Of a stretch of DNA of 27,731 nt, positions 26,277 to 27,731 are shown in pieces. How positions within the stretch are numbered: position 1 is the stretch's first letter; every line of letters starts with the position of its first letter. The notes under the pieces are model-generated. The model was not told the origin of the DNA. It was given only the letters and a program-made list of their open reading frames with translations, and made no database searches. Source of the stretch: a virus (Duplodnaviria; Caudoviricetes); the IMG/VR virus record IMGVR_UViG_3300028585_000056, positions 1 to 27,731 of that record; one strand, 5' to 3'. The translations under genes were made by a program, and so were the position numbers.

Positions 26277-26696
26277 ATGAACCGCGAAAAACTCGCCAAG
26301 CAGCTGACGATCGACGAGGGTCGGCGCGCGCTGATCTACCTCGACTCGGTCGGCAAGTGGACCGGCGGCGTCGGCCGCAACCTGGTCGACCGCCCGTTTT
26401 CGGACGACGAGATCGACCTGATGCTGAAGAACGACATCGCGATCGTCGAGAAGGAACTCGACAAGCGCCTGCCATGGTGGCGCGAGATGTCGCCGGCGCG
26501 CCAGAACGCGCTGGCCAACATGTGCTTCAACCTCGGCATCAATCGCCTGCTCGGCTTCGTCCAAGCGCTCACGCACATGCGCGCTGGCCAATTCGATGCG
26601 GCCGCGCGCGAAATGCTCGATTCCAGGTGGGCGAAGCAGGTCGGCGCGCGCGCCACTCGCCTGGCAATCCTCATGCGCACCGGGGAATTCCAATGA
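26277..26696 (+). CDS. Endolysin, T4-lysozyme-like (GH24)
   Basis: E-x8-D-x5-T triad (DEGRRALIYLDSVGKWT); ALANMCFNLG..SRWAKQVGARA. Confidence 0.93.
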   Translation: MNREKLAKQLTIDEGRRALIYLDSVGKWTGGVGRNLVDRPFSDDEIDLMLKNDIAIVEKELDKRLPWWREMSPARQNALANMCFNLGINRLLGFVQALTHMRAGQFDAAAREMLDSRWAKQVGARATRLAILMRTGEFQ

Positions 26697-27064
26697 AGGC
26701 CCGGTTCATGTCGATGCTCAACGACAAGCGCACGCGCGCCGGCAGCGCTGACCGGACGCTGGTCGAACCGCTGGTCTACTACTCGGCGCTGCTCGAGCTG
26801 CTGGTGACGGTGCCGGCCGGCTTCGTGACCGACTACGCCAGCGTGCCGCGCGCGCCGCTCACGTACTGGCTGTTCGGTGGCGTCGGCGACGAGGCGGCGG
26901 TGGTGCACGACTTTCTGTACAGCACCGGCGTCGTGCCGCGCCAGGTGGCCGACGAGGTCTACGGCGAAGCGCTGGAGGCGTGCGGCGTCGCGGCCTGGCG
27001 GCGAGTTCCCATGGTCGCAGCCGTGCGCGTGTTCGGCGCCAGTCGCTACCTGCAGGTGCGGTGA
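26693..27064 (+). CDS. DUF1353-family protein
   Basis: VPAGFVTDYASVPR..AAVVHDFLY..AD..AVRVFG signature; ATGA overlap with the endolysin. Confidence 0.88.
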   Translation: MKARFMSMLNDKRTRAGSADRTLVEPLVYYSALLELLVTVPAGFVTDYASVPRAPLTYWLFGGVGDEAAVVHDFLYSTGVVPRQVADEVYGEALEACGVAAWRRVPMVAAVRVFGASRYLQVR

Positions 27065-27198
27065 TGGAATTCCACGTCCTCACGCCGATGGGTCTGGGCG
27101 CCGAACTGATCATGCGGGTAGTTGATGGTCAGGTCGAGATCGTTCCGCCGGCGCCACCGCCCGCCGCCGCGCCGGCTCCAGCAACACCCGGCCGATAA
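27064..27198 (+). CDS. Hypothetical 44-aa protein with Pro/Ala tail
   Basis: TGATG coupling to the DUF1353 gene. Confidence 0.4.
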   Translation: MEFHVLTPMGLGAELIMRVVDGQVEIVPPAPPPAAAPAPATPGR

Positions 27199-27319
27199 GG
27201 GCCAAGCCAGCGCCGCGCTGCTTCAGGTATGCAGCCGCAGCGCGCACGCCGCATTTGGGCAGCATCGCCAGCGCCTGGTCGACGTCGGTGGCGCGCGCAG
27301 TGTTTGGGCGATCTGTCAT
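27110..27319 (-). CDS. Hypothetical small protein (69 aa)
   Basis: Plausible helical protein (GVRAAAAYLKQRGAGLALIGRVLLEPARRR) near the prophage end. Confidence 0.5.
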   Translation of the reverse strand: MTDRPNTARATDVDQALAMLPKCGVRAAAAYLKQRGAGLALIGRVLLEPARRRAVAPAERSRPDHQLPA

Positions 27320-27379
27320 GCTGAAAGAATATCGGGCCGCTGCTACGGCCTGGTGAGGTCGCTCAAGTACGGCTTGAGT

Positions 27380-27490
27380 TTTACTGAAATACAGCTGTAA
27401 GTGTTTGTTTTATATAGTCACGTACAGTTGTTTGTAGTGGCCATGAATCGACACAAGAAAGTGACTCAACCATATGATTTCATAGGGAAA
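27380..27490. other. Probable attR region
   Basis: Abrupt AT-rich tract with two IHF-like sites (27398-27410, 27467-27479) flanking an AGTCAC..GTGACT inverted pair. Confidence 0.45.
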
Positions 27491-27577
27491 AGAGCGATAT
27501 TGCAATCTGTAACAGGGTGTAATTCCTGACCACGCTTTGCAGGAAATTCGTATGATGGCTAAATCAGGAGGACCGCC

Positions 27578-27731
27578 ATGAAGAAATTAGCCATCACCGT
27601 TATCTCGCTGGGCGCGCTTGCCGGACTCACCGGTTGCGCCGCTCCCGGCCCGAGTTATGTCAATACAGCCTACGGCCAGCCGGCCGATCCGAGCCAGTGG
27701 CGCGTTGTGTCGGTCACGCCGGTGCCGATGG
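27578..27731 (+). CDS. Lipoprotein, probably host-encoded (partial)
   Basis: AGGAGG RBS; MKKLAITVISLGALAGLTG|C lipobox. Confidence 0.85.
   Translation, partial: MKKLAITVISLGALAGLTGCAAPGPSYVNTAYGQPADPSQWRVVSVTPVPM

Larger units (their letters stand above)
1..27480. mobile_element. Temperate prophage (lambdoid regulation, P22-like head, podovirus tail); left part lies outside the window
   Basis: Contiguous cI/cro, replication, Q, terminase, portal, coat, tail, ejection and lysis modules, followed by an AT-rich att-like region and a probable host gene. No tape-measure or sheath gene seen. Right boundary approximate. Confidence 0.95.

Overview
The window is the right-hand ~27.4 kb of a GC-rich temperate podovirus-type prophage, probably in a betaproteobacterium (Massilia/Oxalobacteraceae-like; inferred from composition and gene style, not verified). 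In order: cI (partial)/cro switch with three 17-bp operators; early genes; replication initiator with internal iterons; lambda-P-like loader; DUF1364; RusA; Q-like antiterminator; pR'-type late promoter and terminator; an accessory island (Zn-finger gene, structured RNA, hicAB); TerS/TerL; P22-like portal, scaffold and coat; tail and ejection genes; a lysis cassette; a probable attR; and the start of a probable host lipoprotein gene. Most notable: (i) a 926-aa protein fusing a lectin-like/SGNH-esterase module through a Pro/acidic linker to a head-tail adaptor domain; (ii) a signal-peptide-bearing collagen protein between portal and scaffold; (iii) a ~46-nt antisense RNA unit covering the RBS of an early gene; (iv) a 25-aa antisense membrane peptide; (v) a lysis cassette with no recognisable spanin and a DUF1353 gene in that slot. 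All family assignments come from motif recognition by eye; no searches were run.
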